A DNA stretch of 64,000 nucleotides from Mobiluncus sp. (GTDB lineage: Bacteria > Actinomycetota > Actinomycetes > Actinomycetales > Actinomycetaceae): the NCBI RefSeq assembly GCF_034180645.1, contig NZ_JAXFNY010000016.1:67006-131005 (forward strand), written 5' to 3'. Made by a program: the position numbers and the translations under genes. The first letter of the stretch is position 1; every line of letters begins with the position of its first letter. Positions 37,536 to 46,447 of this stretch are shown piece after piece. Under the pieces are notes generated by a model. The model saw nothing but the letters and a program-made list of their open reading frames with translations, was not told where the DNA came from and made no database searches.

Positions 37536-37577
37536 CGGCTCGGCGAGGGTAAGCGGCGGGTGCTCGGCGCGATACTC
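37536..37577. repeat. 42-bp direct repeat, copy B (partner at 22245-22286)
   Basis: Same 42-mer with one mismatch. On the minus strand it encodes EYRAEHPPLTLAEP, the nitroreductase C-terminal peptide, but an in-frame TAG lies immediately upstream, so this is an orphan fragment. Confidence 0.9.
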
Positions 37578-37614
37578 CTATCCACGACAAGGGGTCATTG
37601 GCATGTTGCTTGGG

Positions 37615-38406
37615 CTACAGCCCCAGCCACGCCCCTTGGGGACGGTTGGCATAAACCTCGCGATAGAAATCCTGGCGCTCCAACTTCGCGGCGGCTGCCT
37701 CGTCCAGCAGCACCTTAACATTGTTGTGCAGCTGCAAAGCCGAACCGGTGCAAGAGATAGAGACCGGACCCTCCACCATGTCACGAACCGCGTCAGCTTT
37801 GTTAGAGCCAGTAGCAATGAGCAGGATTTTTCGCGCCCGCAAGATGGTGCCCACCCCTTGCGTGAGCGCGTGCCTAGGCACCTTATCAATGTCTCCGTCA
37901 AAGAATCGAGCGTTGTCGCGGCGGGTTTGGGCGGTCAACACCGCGGGGTGCGTCAAGGACTTTAAGGACGTGCCGGGTTCATTGAACGCAATATGCCCAT
38001 CCGCTCCGATACCCAGAATCTGTATATCAATTCCGCCTACACCAACAATAGCCTGTTCATAACGTTGACATTCCGCTAACAAGTCCGTGGCTAGGCCGTC
38101 TTCTCCATATACCGAGTTATGGTCTATATCCGTGATATCGGCAAACTCCCGGCGAATAAAGTTATGGTACGCCTCGGGGTGATCCTGAGGCAGCCCCACG
38201 TATTCATCGAGCTGGAAAGCCTGTGCGCGGCTTAGAGACAAACTCCCGGCCTGAACCCGGCGTGAAAGTTCTTGATAAATTGGCAGCGGGCTAGAACCTG
38301 TCGCCACCCCCAGCACGGCATTGGGTTTGTCCGCGTAGACCTCGCAGATGGCCTCCGCAGCAACGACTGCTAAATCTTGCTCCGTTGGTTTAATAATGAG
38401 TTCCAT
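37615..38406 (-). CDS. nagB: glucosamine-6-phosphate deaminase
   Basis: 263 aa with canonical NagB (GVATGSSP, LDEYVG, ILGIGADGHIAFNEPG). Confidence 0.9.
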   Translation of the reverse strand: MELIIKPTEQDLAVVAAEAICEVYADKPNAVLGVATGSSPLPIYQELSRRVQAGSLSLSRAQAFQLDEYVGLPQDHPEAYHNFIRREFADITDIDHNSVYGEDGLATDLLAECQRYEQAIVGVGGIDIQILGIGADGHIAFNEPGTSLKSLTHPAVLTAQTRRDNARFFDGDIDKVPRHALTQGVGTILRARKILLIATGSNKADAVRDMVEGPVSISCTGSALQLHNNVKVLLDEAAAAKLERQDFYREVYANRPQGAWLGL

Positions 38407-38457
38407 AATGATTACCTTCCATTGTTTTAATTTTCCGGCTAAGCTCCGAGTTCCATC

Positions 38458-39579
38458 TCAACGCACCTGCTGACCACGACGAAACACGTGTTGAACCTGC
38501 AGGGCACTCAACTCGACTACCAAGTCCGCGTAGGCCCCCGGTACCAACACTCCAATGTCTGTCCGACCCAGCAAAGCCGCAGGTCGAGCCGTAGCGGCAT
38601 GAAGCGCCAACCAAATATCCACTCCTGCGGTATAAGTTGCAAAACGTATCGCCCGGGACAGGGTCAGGGTGGAGCCGGCAATGGATCCGTTGGATTTTAA
38701 ACGTGCTACCGCGTCACGAACTTCAACCTCGAGGGGCCCCAACAGATAATCTCCGTCCGGCGAGCCCGCGGCCGCCATCGCATCAGTAACCAAGACTGTG
38801 TCCCGCCCTTTGGCATCAAACACGAACTTCACGGTGGCCGGGTGGGAATGTACGCCGTCAGCGATGATTTCTACCGGCAATCCCGGCGTTTCCAAGGCGG
38901 CCACGATGGGCCCAGGCTGGCGGTGATGAATCGGTTTCATCGCGTTGAACAGGTGGGTGACATTTTGCGCCCCATTGGCCAGTGCGGCTTTCATCGTGTC
39001 GTAGTCTGCGTTCATATGTCCTGGAGCGGCAATGATTCCTTGTGACACCAGCCAGCGCACGGCCTCCAACCCGCCGCGACGTTCAATAGCGAGGGTCACC
39101 ATTTTCACCGGACCAGCTTGGCAGAGGCGCTGGACCTCGTCCAGAGCCGGGTCGCGCAGCAGCTTGGGGTCATGGGCTCCCTTGTATTCCTCAGCCATCC
39201 ACGGGCCCTCCAAGTGGACGCCCAAAATTTCACCGGCGTCATAGAGCGGCGCCAAATCCTGAATCTGGGATTCCAAGTGGTCCAAAGTGTCCGTGACCAG
39301 GCTGGCCATAATGGAAGTCGTACCCTCGTTACGGTGGGTGGCGATGACGGTACGGGCCGCCTCAGCCCCGTTAGTGAAAGCCTCTCCCCCGCCGCCGTGA
39401 GAATGAATATCCACGAATCCGGGGGCGAGGATAGCCGTCCCAAAATCCACATCGGCCCGGACTTGTGCGGCCGCCGGCCCGCTGAGAACCTCAGCGATAC
39501 GGTCATTTTCCACCCGCACTGCCCCCGGTCCTAGGACCTGGTTACCATCGAATAACGTGTCTGCGCGATAGATTGTCAT
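38458..39579 (-). CDS. nagA: N-acetylglucosamine-6-phosphate deacetylase
   Basis: 373 aa amidohydrolase (PGFVDIHSHGGGG, HLEGPW, THLFNAM). Confidence 0.9.
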   Translation of the reverse strand: MTIYRADTLFDGNQVLGPGAVRVENDRIAEVLSGPAAAQVRADVDFGTAILAPGFVDIHSHGGGGEAFTNGAEAARTVIATHRNEGTTSIMASLVTDTLDHLESQIQDLAPLYDAGEILGVHLEGPWMAEEYKGAHDPKLLRDPALDEVQRLCQAGPVKMVTLAIERRGGLEAVRWLVSQGIIAAPGHMNADYDTMKAALANGAQNVTHLFNAMKPIHHRQPGPIVAALETPGLPVEIIADGVHSHPATVKFVFDAKGRDTVLVTDAMAAAGSPDGDYLLGPLEVEVRDAVARLKSNGSIAGSTLTLSRAIRFATYTAGVDIWLALHAATARPAALLGRTDIGVLVPGAYADLVVELSALQVQHVFRRGQQVR

Positions 39580-39681
39580 GTTGTTCCGGTTTCCTCTCAG
39601 TTTGTCCGCAAGTATTGTGAGACGTATGCTCCTGCACCAGTAGCCTTCCCCGTGAATGTAGACAGGTAGCGTCCCACGCAG

Positions 39682-40386
39682 CTAGGCTTTCGGTAGTTTG
39701 TCTACATACCATTCAGTGAGACGCCACGGGTGAGTGATGGCAGTGCCTACGCACGCCGCGTGAATCGGGTATTGGTAAACCTCAGCGAGGTCTTGGGGGC
39801 TGTGAATCCGGCCTTCCACCACGATTGGGGCGTGGACTGACTGGCAGACTGCCGCAATGAAATCGAAGTCGGGTCCCGCAGTCGCGGCGCGGGCATATTG
39901 GTATCCGGGAGTATAGCCGGACAGGGTGGTGCCGATGAAGTCCGCTCCGGCCTGTTCGGCTGCTTTCGCGTCCTCAACGGAAGCGCAGTCAGCCATGATT
40001 GCCACCCCGGGAAATTCCTCGTGCATCGCACTCACCGCATCTGCGAAAGTCTCGCCTTCCCCCCGTTCACGCAAAGTGGCATCGATAGCGATGACATCCG
40101 CGCCGCTCAAGGCACAGGCACGTGCGTGAGCAATCGAGGGCGTAATGTAAACGCCCTCGTGACCAAACTTAATGAGTCCAATCAGGGGAACTTCCACCGT
40201 CTGACGGCACGCCACGATGTCCGCTATCCCCTGGACGCGCACCGCGGCAGCTCCTCCCGACACAACTGACTGTGCCACCGCGGCGGTGATATCAGACCGC
40301 CGCATCGGCTCTCCCGGATATGCCTGACAGCTGACAATTAGCCGCCCCTTAATGGCATCAATCACCGCTTGACGTTGTGCATTCAT
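39682..40386 (-). CDS. nanE: N-acetylmannosamine-6-phosphate 2-epimerase
   Basis: 234 aa, NanE family (LIVSCQA...EPM, IGLIK, IAIDAT). Confidence 0.9.
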   Translation of the reverse strand: MNAQRQAVIDAIKGRLIVSCQAYPGEPMRRSDITAAVAQSVVSGGAAAVRVQGIADIVACRQTVEVPLIGLIKFGHEGVYITPSIAHARACALSGADVIAIDATLRERGEGETFADAVSAMHEEFPGVAIMADCASVEDAKAAEQAGADFIGTTLSGYTPGYQYARAATAGPDFDFIAAVCQSVHAPIVVEGRIHSPQDLAEVYQYPIHAACVGTAITHPWRLTEWYVDKLPKA

Positions 40387-40432
40387 CTATTTCCCCTTCC
40401 GTAGTTGGCGCGCAGTCTCGCGCCGGGTTCGT

Positions 40433-41374
40433 TCAGCCATCCACCCGGTTCCAAATCTTTTTCGCGGCCCCCACCAGGGCAGCCGCATTGCCCAAAGTCG
40501 CTTTCACCAGCGGCACCTCGCGAAGAATGTTCACCAACTGTTCCTGGTAAGCCGCCCGGAGGGGTTTCCACCAGATGTCCGTGCTGTTAGCCAGGCCTCC
40601 CCCGACAATCATGACTTCCGGGTCAACCGTATTGACGATAGATCCCAGAGCGCGCCCGGTTTCCGCGGCTACTTCCGTATAAATGCGTGCAGCCAGCGCA
40701 TCCCCTGACAGGGCGCGTTTTTCCAGTTCATGAGCGCCACCGACGGCCGGGTCTCCACCGTTTTCCAAGTACCAGGCGTACAGCCCCGGTCCCGATGCCA
40801 CGGTTTCCAGATGTGGCACGCCGCGTCCACACGTGCAGGCCCGTTTGGTAGGCAGCAAAGTTGGTAGGTGTCCGAAATCGCCGGCGGTTCCATGCGGACC
40901 GACCAGGATTTCCCCGTTAATCATGAGGGCTCCGCCGATACCGGTCCCCAGGGCCATCATGGCAACGTAGTTTTTCCCGGCTCCCGCACCTTTCCAGGCT
41001 TCTCCACGCAGATGAGCATTAACATCGTTTTCCAAAGTGACGGGCAGATTCACCGCTGATTCCACCAGCGATACGACCTCGGTACCGGCCCAGCCCCGAA
41101 TCGCATCAGTGGAGGCAATAATCCGCTGCCCCGCCAGGTCGACTACCCCGGCTGATCCAATCCCGACACCCACAATCCGGTCGATGCCGTCCTTGTGAGC
41201 CTGCGAGCGGACCTCACCCACCAAGGCGTTAATCGCTCCGACCACGGCCGCACCGCCCTCGTGAGCAGGCGTGTCCACCCGGCAAGGTAGGCTCAGATTG
41301 CCATCCAAATCCGCCAGGGCGGCAGCAATTTTCGTGCCGCCGAGGTCTATAGCGATGACGTAATCCGTGGTCAT
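40433..41374 (-). CDS. nanK: ROK-family sugar kinase (likely N-acetylmannosamine kinase)
   Basis: 313 aa. ROK motifs IAIDLGGTKIAAAL and GALMINGEILVGPHGTAGDFGH, plus a Cys-containing zinc motif. Lies between nanA and nanE. Confidence 0.8.
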   Translation of the reverse strand: MTTDYVIAIDLGGTKIAAALADLDGNLSLPCRVDTPAHEGGAAVVGAINALVGEVRSQAHKDGIDRIVGVGIGSAGVVDLAGQRIIASTDAIRGWAGTEVVSLVESAVNLPVTLENDVNAHLRGEAWKGAGAGKNYVAMMALGTGIGGALMINGEILVGPHGTAGDFGHLPTLLPTKRACTCGRGVPHLETVASGPGLYAWYLENGGDPAVGGAHELEKRALSGDALAARIYTEVAAETGRALGSIVNTVDPEVMIVGGGLANSTDIWWKPLRAAYQEQLVNILREVPLVKATLGNAAALVGAAKKIWNRVDG

Positions 41375-41384
41375 AGCCGGGTTC

Positions 41385-42296
41385 CTACAACAATCCGACT
41401 TTTTGCAGGACGCCGCGTACGTGCTCTACGTTTTCTCCGCTCAAAGCCGCCACGGGACGAGGCATTTCGTTAGACTCAAATACCCCCAGCAGCTGCAAGG
41501 CAGTCTTAAACGCACCGATTCCGGCACCGAAGCCCTGCACGTCTTTGACCTGGACAATCGTCATCAAATCTGCCAGCCGGTCCTGTTCCTTGCGGACAGT
41601 CTCCCAATCCTTAGCGAGGGCGGCTTTCCACTGGCGAACGTAGCCGTCCGGATCGACGTTGCCCAAGCCGGGCACACAGCCGTCCGCACCGGACAGATAC
41701 GCCCCGTCCACCACGACCTCGTGACCGGTAAGCAGTTGCAGCGGGTGTCCCGCCTCGGCGTTCAACCGAGAGAGGAAACGGAAGCCGACATCATCGCCAG
41801 AAGAATCCTTAACCCCGCTGAGAACCCCGGCTTTACCCAGGTCCATCACCAGGTCATTGGGCAACTTCCAATGGACACATGCGGGAATGTCGTATGCCCA
41901 AATGGGCAGATCCGTGCTTTCTCGCAAGATTTCGAAGTGCCGCCGAATCTCCCGAACCCCTTGCAGGGCATAGAACGGGGCGGTAGCGACCACTGCATCT
42001 ACCCCGATGTCTTCGGCTTGGCGAATGTGCTCCACGACCCGTTCCGTCTCCGTGCTGATAACCCCCGCCATAATGGGGACGCGACCAGCCACGATACGTT
42101 TGGATTCAGAGAGGATTTGCCCACGGCGTTCATCAGTGGAAAACGCCACTTCTCCCGACGATCCCAGGACAAACAAGCCATCGATACCGGCTGCAATCTG
42201 GCGGTTAATGTGCCGTTCCAACGAATGCACATCGAGTTCGCCGCCCTTTAACGGGACGGTTAGGGGCGGGACAATGCCGCTAATTTTTTTTGACAT
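41385..42296 (-). CDS. nanA: N-acetylneuraminate lyase (DapA/NAL family)
   Basis: 303 aa class I aldolase (GIVPPLTVPL, GLFVLGSSGE, GVKDSSGD). Lies in the sialic-acid operon. Confidence 0.85.
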   Translation of the reverse strand: MSKKISGIVPPLTVPLKGGELDVHSLERHINRQIAAGIDGLFVLGSSGEVAFSTDERRGQILSESKRIVAGRVPIMAGVISTETERVVEHIRQAEDIGVDAVVATAPFYALQGVREIRRHFEILRESTDLPIWAYDIPACVHWKLPNDLVMDLGKAGVLSGVKDSSGDDVGFRFLSRLNAEAGHPLQLLTGHEVVVDGAYLSGADGCVPGLGNVDPDGYVRQWKAALAKDWETVRKEQDRLADLMTIVQVKDVQGFGAGIGAFKTALQLLGVFESNEMPRPVAALSGENVEHVRGVLQKVGLL

Positions 42297-42333
42297 ACCT
42301 CATTCTCCTCTGTTTTGGTCCGGCTGCCAGTGC

Positions 42334-43188
42334 TTAATCCAACTGCGGATGCAGCAGGGATGGCGCGGCCCCCAAGAGCTTGCGAGTATAGGGGTCCGAT
42401 GGGTGGTTCAGAAGGGTGTCTGCGTCGCCTTCCTCAACCACCTTGCCCGCGTTCATTACGGCGATACGGTCCGAAATGTAGCGCACAGTCTGAATGTCGT
42501 GCGAAATAAACACCATCGCTAACCCAAGTTCTTTCTTAAGGTCAGACAGCAAGTTCAGAATCTGGGCACGCACGGAAACATCAAGGGCAGACGTGGGCTC
42601 GTCAGCGATGATGGCTTTCGGGTGCAGGGACAGGGCACGGGCAATAGCCACACGCTGCCGCTGCCCCCCGGAAAGCTGACCGGGCAGGGCGTTGAGAGCT
42701 GACAGCGGCAAACCTACCAGCCCCAGCAATTCCCGCACCCGTTTGTCCCGAGTTTCTTCGGTGCCAATCTTATGGACACGCAGCGGATCAGCTAGCTGAT
42801 CCTGCACTGTCATTCGCGGATTCAAGGCGGTTGCAGGGTCTTGGAACACCACGGACACGACGGAACCAATGTGGCGCCGTTGAGCGGCGCTGCGCTTGGT
42901 AACGTCCTTGCCCATAAAGAAAACCTGGCCCTTCGTCGCCACCTGCAGCCCGCACATGACGTTGGCGGTAGTGGATTTACCACAACCGGATTCGCCGACA
43001 ATACCCAACACCTTGCCGGGCATAATCTTCATGTCCACTCCCTGCACCGCGTGGACGTGGTTGGGACGGAAGAGTGAACCGGTCCGGGCTTTGAACGTCA
43101 CTTCAACGTTTTTCAGTTCGATGATGGGGGTGTCCGGGTCAGAAATCAGGCTCTGAGCATCTGTTTCAGCAGGTATAGCCTCACTCAT
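42334..43188 (-). CDS. Opp/Dpp-type ABC transporter ATP-binding protein
   Basis: 284 aa. [35 protein letters not shown]. Confidence 0.9.
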   Translation of the reverse strand: MSEAIPAETDAQSLISDPDTPIIELKNVEVTFKARTGSLFRPNHVHAVQGVDMKIMPGKVLGIVGESGCGKSTTANVMCGLQVATKGQVFFMGKDVTKRSAAQRRHIGSVVSVVFQDPATALNPRMTVQDQLADPLRVHKIGTEETRDKRVRELLGLVGLPLSALNALPGQLSGGQRQRVAIARALSLHPKAIIADEPTSALDVSVRAQILNLLSDLKKELGLAMVFISHDIQTVRYISDRIAVMNAGKVVEEGDADTLLNHPSDPYTRKLLGAAPSLLHPQLD

Positions 43189-45281
43189 GATTGTTCCTCC
43201 TTTCCATTCGGAACATATCGGGGTGCACGCTGATAGACCCCTTCCTTATTGGGAAGGGCGGCATAGACGTGCTCGGGACCGACCATCTCGAACTCCAGCG
43301 GGATGTCCGCGCCGTAATCGGGGTGCGAGGAACGCGGCGTGAACCGGTCGCCCACCGTAAAGTCCTGTGGGGAAGGAACAGCTCCCGGAACCTGGTGCAG
43401 ACGCCCCGAACCGGATTCGATAGAGAGCACCGCACCCAACAGGCCGCGAGTGTACTCGTGAGTCGGATTCTCCAGCAGCTCGACGGTCGGAGCCTGCTCC
43501 ACCACCTGACCGGCATACATGACGGTAATCTTGTGGGCGACTTCGGCCACCAAAGCCAAATCGTGAGACACGAAGATCATGGCGAATCCCAGTTTGTCTC
43601 GCAGTTCATTCAGCAGGGAAATGACTTGCTTTTGCACAGTCACGTCCAGTGCCGTGGTGGGCTCGTCCGCGATAACCAGCTGGGGGTCACGAGTCAGAGC
43701 CATCGCAATCAGAACGCGCTGGCGTTGCCCACCGGAAAGTTCGTGCGGGTAAGAATCCAAAGTTCGTTTCGGATCCAAACCCACCAATTCCAACAGTTCC
43801 TCGGCGCTGCGGGTGCCGCCGCGTTTGGTCAGCTGCTTCATTTGTGACCGGATGAGCATCGCCGGGTTCAATGAGGACAGGGCATCTTGGTAAATCATGG
43901 CCATTTCGTGACCCAGCAGGGCGTGACGTTCCTTCCGTGTCATCTTGAACAGGTCTTTGCCCTGGTAGAACGCTTCGCCGGAGATTTCTGCCCGCGGGTC
44001 AATGAGGCCCATAATCGTCAGGGCGGTAATCGATTTGCCGCAGCCGGATTCCCCGACCAGGCCCATCGTTTCTCCCGGCCGTACGGCGAAAGATACGTGG
44101 TCGACCACGTTCACGTCGCCGTGGCGCGGGAACTTGATGCACAAATCTTTCACTTCCAGCAGCGGTTCACCGGTGAAGTTGTCCTGCATGCGGTCTTGGC
44201 GCTTATGTTCGACTTCGCGCAGCGCATCGAGACGGGCACGCAATGATTCGGCCTGTTCTCGGTAAGCACGGCGCGGGTCGAGCAGGAGGGCATCGGCTTC
44301 GCGGTCGGCGGTGTTTTGTTCGACCTTTACCGGAGCTGAAGCCGGGGCTGCCACCATTGCGTCCGTGATGCCTTCTGAGAGAATGTTCAAGCACAGCACG
44401 GTAATCATGATGAGCAAGCCGGGGAACAGCGCGGTCCACCAGGCGCCATGGTTGATGGAGCCGTTCGTGGAGGCATCAGACAAGACGTTACCCCAGGTGG
44501 GAACTAAGCTAGACTTCAAGCCGGTGCCGATGAAGGTCAGGGAGGCTTCTAGGATGATAGCGTCTGCCACCAGCACCGTGGCAAAAACCAGGACCGGAGC
44601 CGCGGTGTTGCGCACCACGTGCTTTGTCAAAATCCAGGGAGCTCTAGCGCCGGAAACAATCACAGCCCGCACGTAATCTTCACCGTAAGCGGACATGACG
44701 TTAGCACGCACAATTCGAGCTAGCTGTGGAATATAAACGAAAGCAATTGCGATAATGATGACTGTAACCAAGCCGACTCTATTGCCGGGAGGAAATATCC
44801 CGCTAAAGACCAGAACCATAACCGCCGCCATAGCGATGCCGGGAACAGCCATGATAATGTCCATGATGCGCATGATGACTTCCGAAATCCATTTGCGAAC
44901 CACGGCCGCAACCGAACCGATAATGGTTCCGATGACCAGGGCGATAAAGGTCGCAGACAAGCCGATAATCATGGAGTATTTCCCGCCCAACAGCAGCCGG
45001 GACAATACATCGCGTCCCGCCGAATCGGTGCCGAACAGGTGAATCATACTGGGAGCTGATTCCTTGCTGCGCGTTGCCTTCACCGCCGCAGCCATCGCAT
45101 CGGTATCGACGAAACTGGCGGAGTAGGGAGCCAACAGCGGAGCCACGGCCGAGATAAGCGCCAGTATCAGCAGCACAATGACAGCTATCCGGGCACTGAC
45201 CGACATGTTGTTCCAACGCCGGAAACGAATCTTTTTCCCTGATTCGACCGCGGTAACAAGTTTCTTTGTTTGACTCGTCAT
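43185..45281 (-). CDS. fused Dpp-type ABC permease (N-terminal) and ATP-binding (C-terminal) protein
   Basis: 698 aa. The N-terminal ~300 aa are a DppC-like permease. The C-terminal half is an NBD (GESGCGKSIT, LSGGQRQRVLIAMAL, VIADEPTTALD). Confidence 0.9.
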   Translation of the reverse strand: MTSQTKKLVTAVESGKKIRFRRWNNMSVSARIAVIVLLILALISAVAPLLAPYSASFVDTDAMAAAVKATRSKESAPSMIHLFGTDSAGRDVLSRLLLGGKYSMIIGLSATFIALVIGTIIGSVAAVVRKWISEVIMRIMDIIMAVPGIAMAAVMVLVFSGIFPPGNRVGLVTVIIIAIAFVYIPQLARIVRANVMSAYGEDYVRAVIVSGARAPWILTKHVVRNTAAPVLVFATVLVADAIILEASLTFIGTGLKSSLVPTWGNVLSDASTNGSINHGAWWTALFPGLLIMITVLCLNILSEGITDAMVAAPASAPVKVEQNTADREADALLLDPRRAYREQAESLRARLDALREVEHKRQDRMQDNFTGEPLLEVKDLCIKFPRHGDVNVVDHVSFAVRPGETMGLVGESGCGKSITALTIMGLIDPRAEISGEAFYQGKDLFKMTRKERHALLGHEMAMIYQDALSSLNPAMLIRSQMKQLTKRGGTRSAEELLELVGLDPKRTLDSYPHELSGGQRQRVLIAMALTRDPQLVIADEPTTALDVTVQKQVISLLNELRDKLGFAMIFVSHDLALVAEVAHKITVMYAGQVVEQAPTVELLENPTHEYTRGLLGAVLSIESGSGRLHQVPGAVPSPQDFTVGDRFTPRSSHPDYGADIPLEFEMVGPEHVYAALPNKEGVYQRAPRYVPNGKEEQS

Positions 45282-45285
45282 AGCA

Positions 45286-46281
45286 CTACACCGACCTAAT
45301 CCGGGGGTTAATCAACAGGTAGAGCATGTCCACAATGATGTTGACCACAATGAACGCCAAAGCTACCACCAGGGCCGCAGCCTGGACTATGGAAACCTCA
45401 CTCTTGGTGATGCCGTCCACGAGGACGCGACCCATGCCCCTCATGTTAAAGATGATTTCGATAACGACCGCGCCGCCCATCAGATAGCCGACCCGCAGGC
45501 CCAAGACCGTCACCGGGGTAATCAAAGCGTTACGCAAAACGTTGCGCCCGATGACGACAGGTTTCGGGATTCCAGCGCCGAGCGCGGTACGCACATAGTC
45601 ACGATCGAGTTCTTCGACCACCGAGGTTCGCACCACCCTGGTCATCTGACCGATAACGGGGGTGGCCAACGCTATTGCAGGGGGTAACATACGGGCCAAC
45701 CACCCGCCAAAGTCATCAAGGAATCCCGGGACCGGCCCTGAAACTGGCAGGATTCCTTTGAAAGAACCGAGAATCCACAGCACCAGCATGGTCGCCAGCC
45801 AGAAGCTAGGAGTGCCGATAAAGATAACCGACAAAACGCGAATGACCTGGTCAGGCCAACGGTCACGATAGATAGCAGCCAAAACGCCCAGCGGGAAAGA
45901 AATCAGCACCGCGATAAACAGGCCTAGGAAAGTCAGCTGTAAAGTCACCGGCAGCGCCGGGGCAATCAGGTCAGTGACCTGGTGGGACGTGCCCACGCCG
46001 TAAATACCAAAGTCACCGTGGCACAGAGCGACTAGGTAGTTAAAGTAGCGCACCAGCACGGGAATAGGTTTGCCAGTAGGGCTTCCGTCATCGATGACGT
46101 ATCCGTGGGAAACATTGAAAGCCTTTACTTGGCCGGGGTCTGAAGCGTTGTCACCCAAAGCCATCCAAGCAGGATCCAGAGGCGACAGCTCCATCAGGAA
46201 GAATACAAGCAGCGTGACCCCAATTGCCATAATTGGCAAGGCAATCAATCGCCGCCCGATGAGTCGAAGCAGGTTATTCAC
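45286..46281 (-). CDS. Dpp-type ABC transporter permease
   Basis: 331 aa DppB-like with 6 TM segments. Confidence 0.9.
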   Translation of the reverse strand: MNNLLRLIGRRLIALPIMAIGVTLLVFFLMELSPLDPAWMALGDNASDPGQVKAFNVSHGYVIDDGSPTGKPIPVLVRYFNYLVALCHGDFGIYGVGTSHQVTDLIAPALPVTLQLTFLGLFIAVLISFPLGVLAAIYRDRWPDQVIRVLSVIFIGTPSFWLATMLVLWILGSFKGILPVSGPVPGFLDDFGGWLARMLPPAIALATPVIGQMTRVVRTSVVEELDRDYVRTALGAGIPKPVVIGRNVLRNALITPVTVLGLRVGYLMGGAVVIEIIFNMRGMGRVLVDGITKSEVSIVQAAALVVALAFIVVNIIVDMLYLLINPRIRSV

Positions 46282-46380
46282 AAGTTTTCACTCCTTTTAG
46301 GAGTTATCGGAAAGGTTTTTTCTGGGTGGACCAAGCGTCTCGCCGTGGGTCTGTCCCGTAACTAAAGATGAGTGGCACAG

Positions 46381-46431
46381 GTTTGTCGGGAGGGCGTTCC
46401 CACGAGAGGGAAAGCATCCCTCCCGACAAAC
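46381..46431 (-). other. intercistronic 14-bp-stem hairpin downstream of the SBP gene
   Basis: GTTTGTCGGGAGGG (46381-46394) pairs perfectly with CCCTCCCGACAAAC (46418-46431). No U-tract follows on the minus strand, so it looks like an mRNA-stabilising or partial-termination element. Confidence 0.5.
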
Positions 46432-46447
46432 TCTGGGGCGGCGCGGG

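Noticed and set aside
41367-42251. 294-aa plus-strand ORF
   Set aside because: It is antisense to nanA, which has clear DapA/NAL family motifs.
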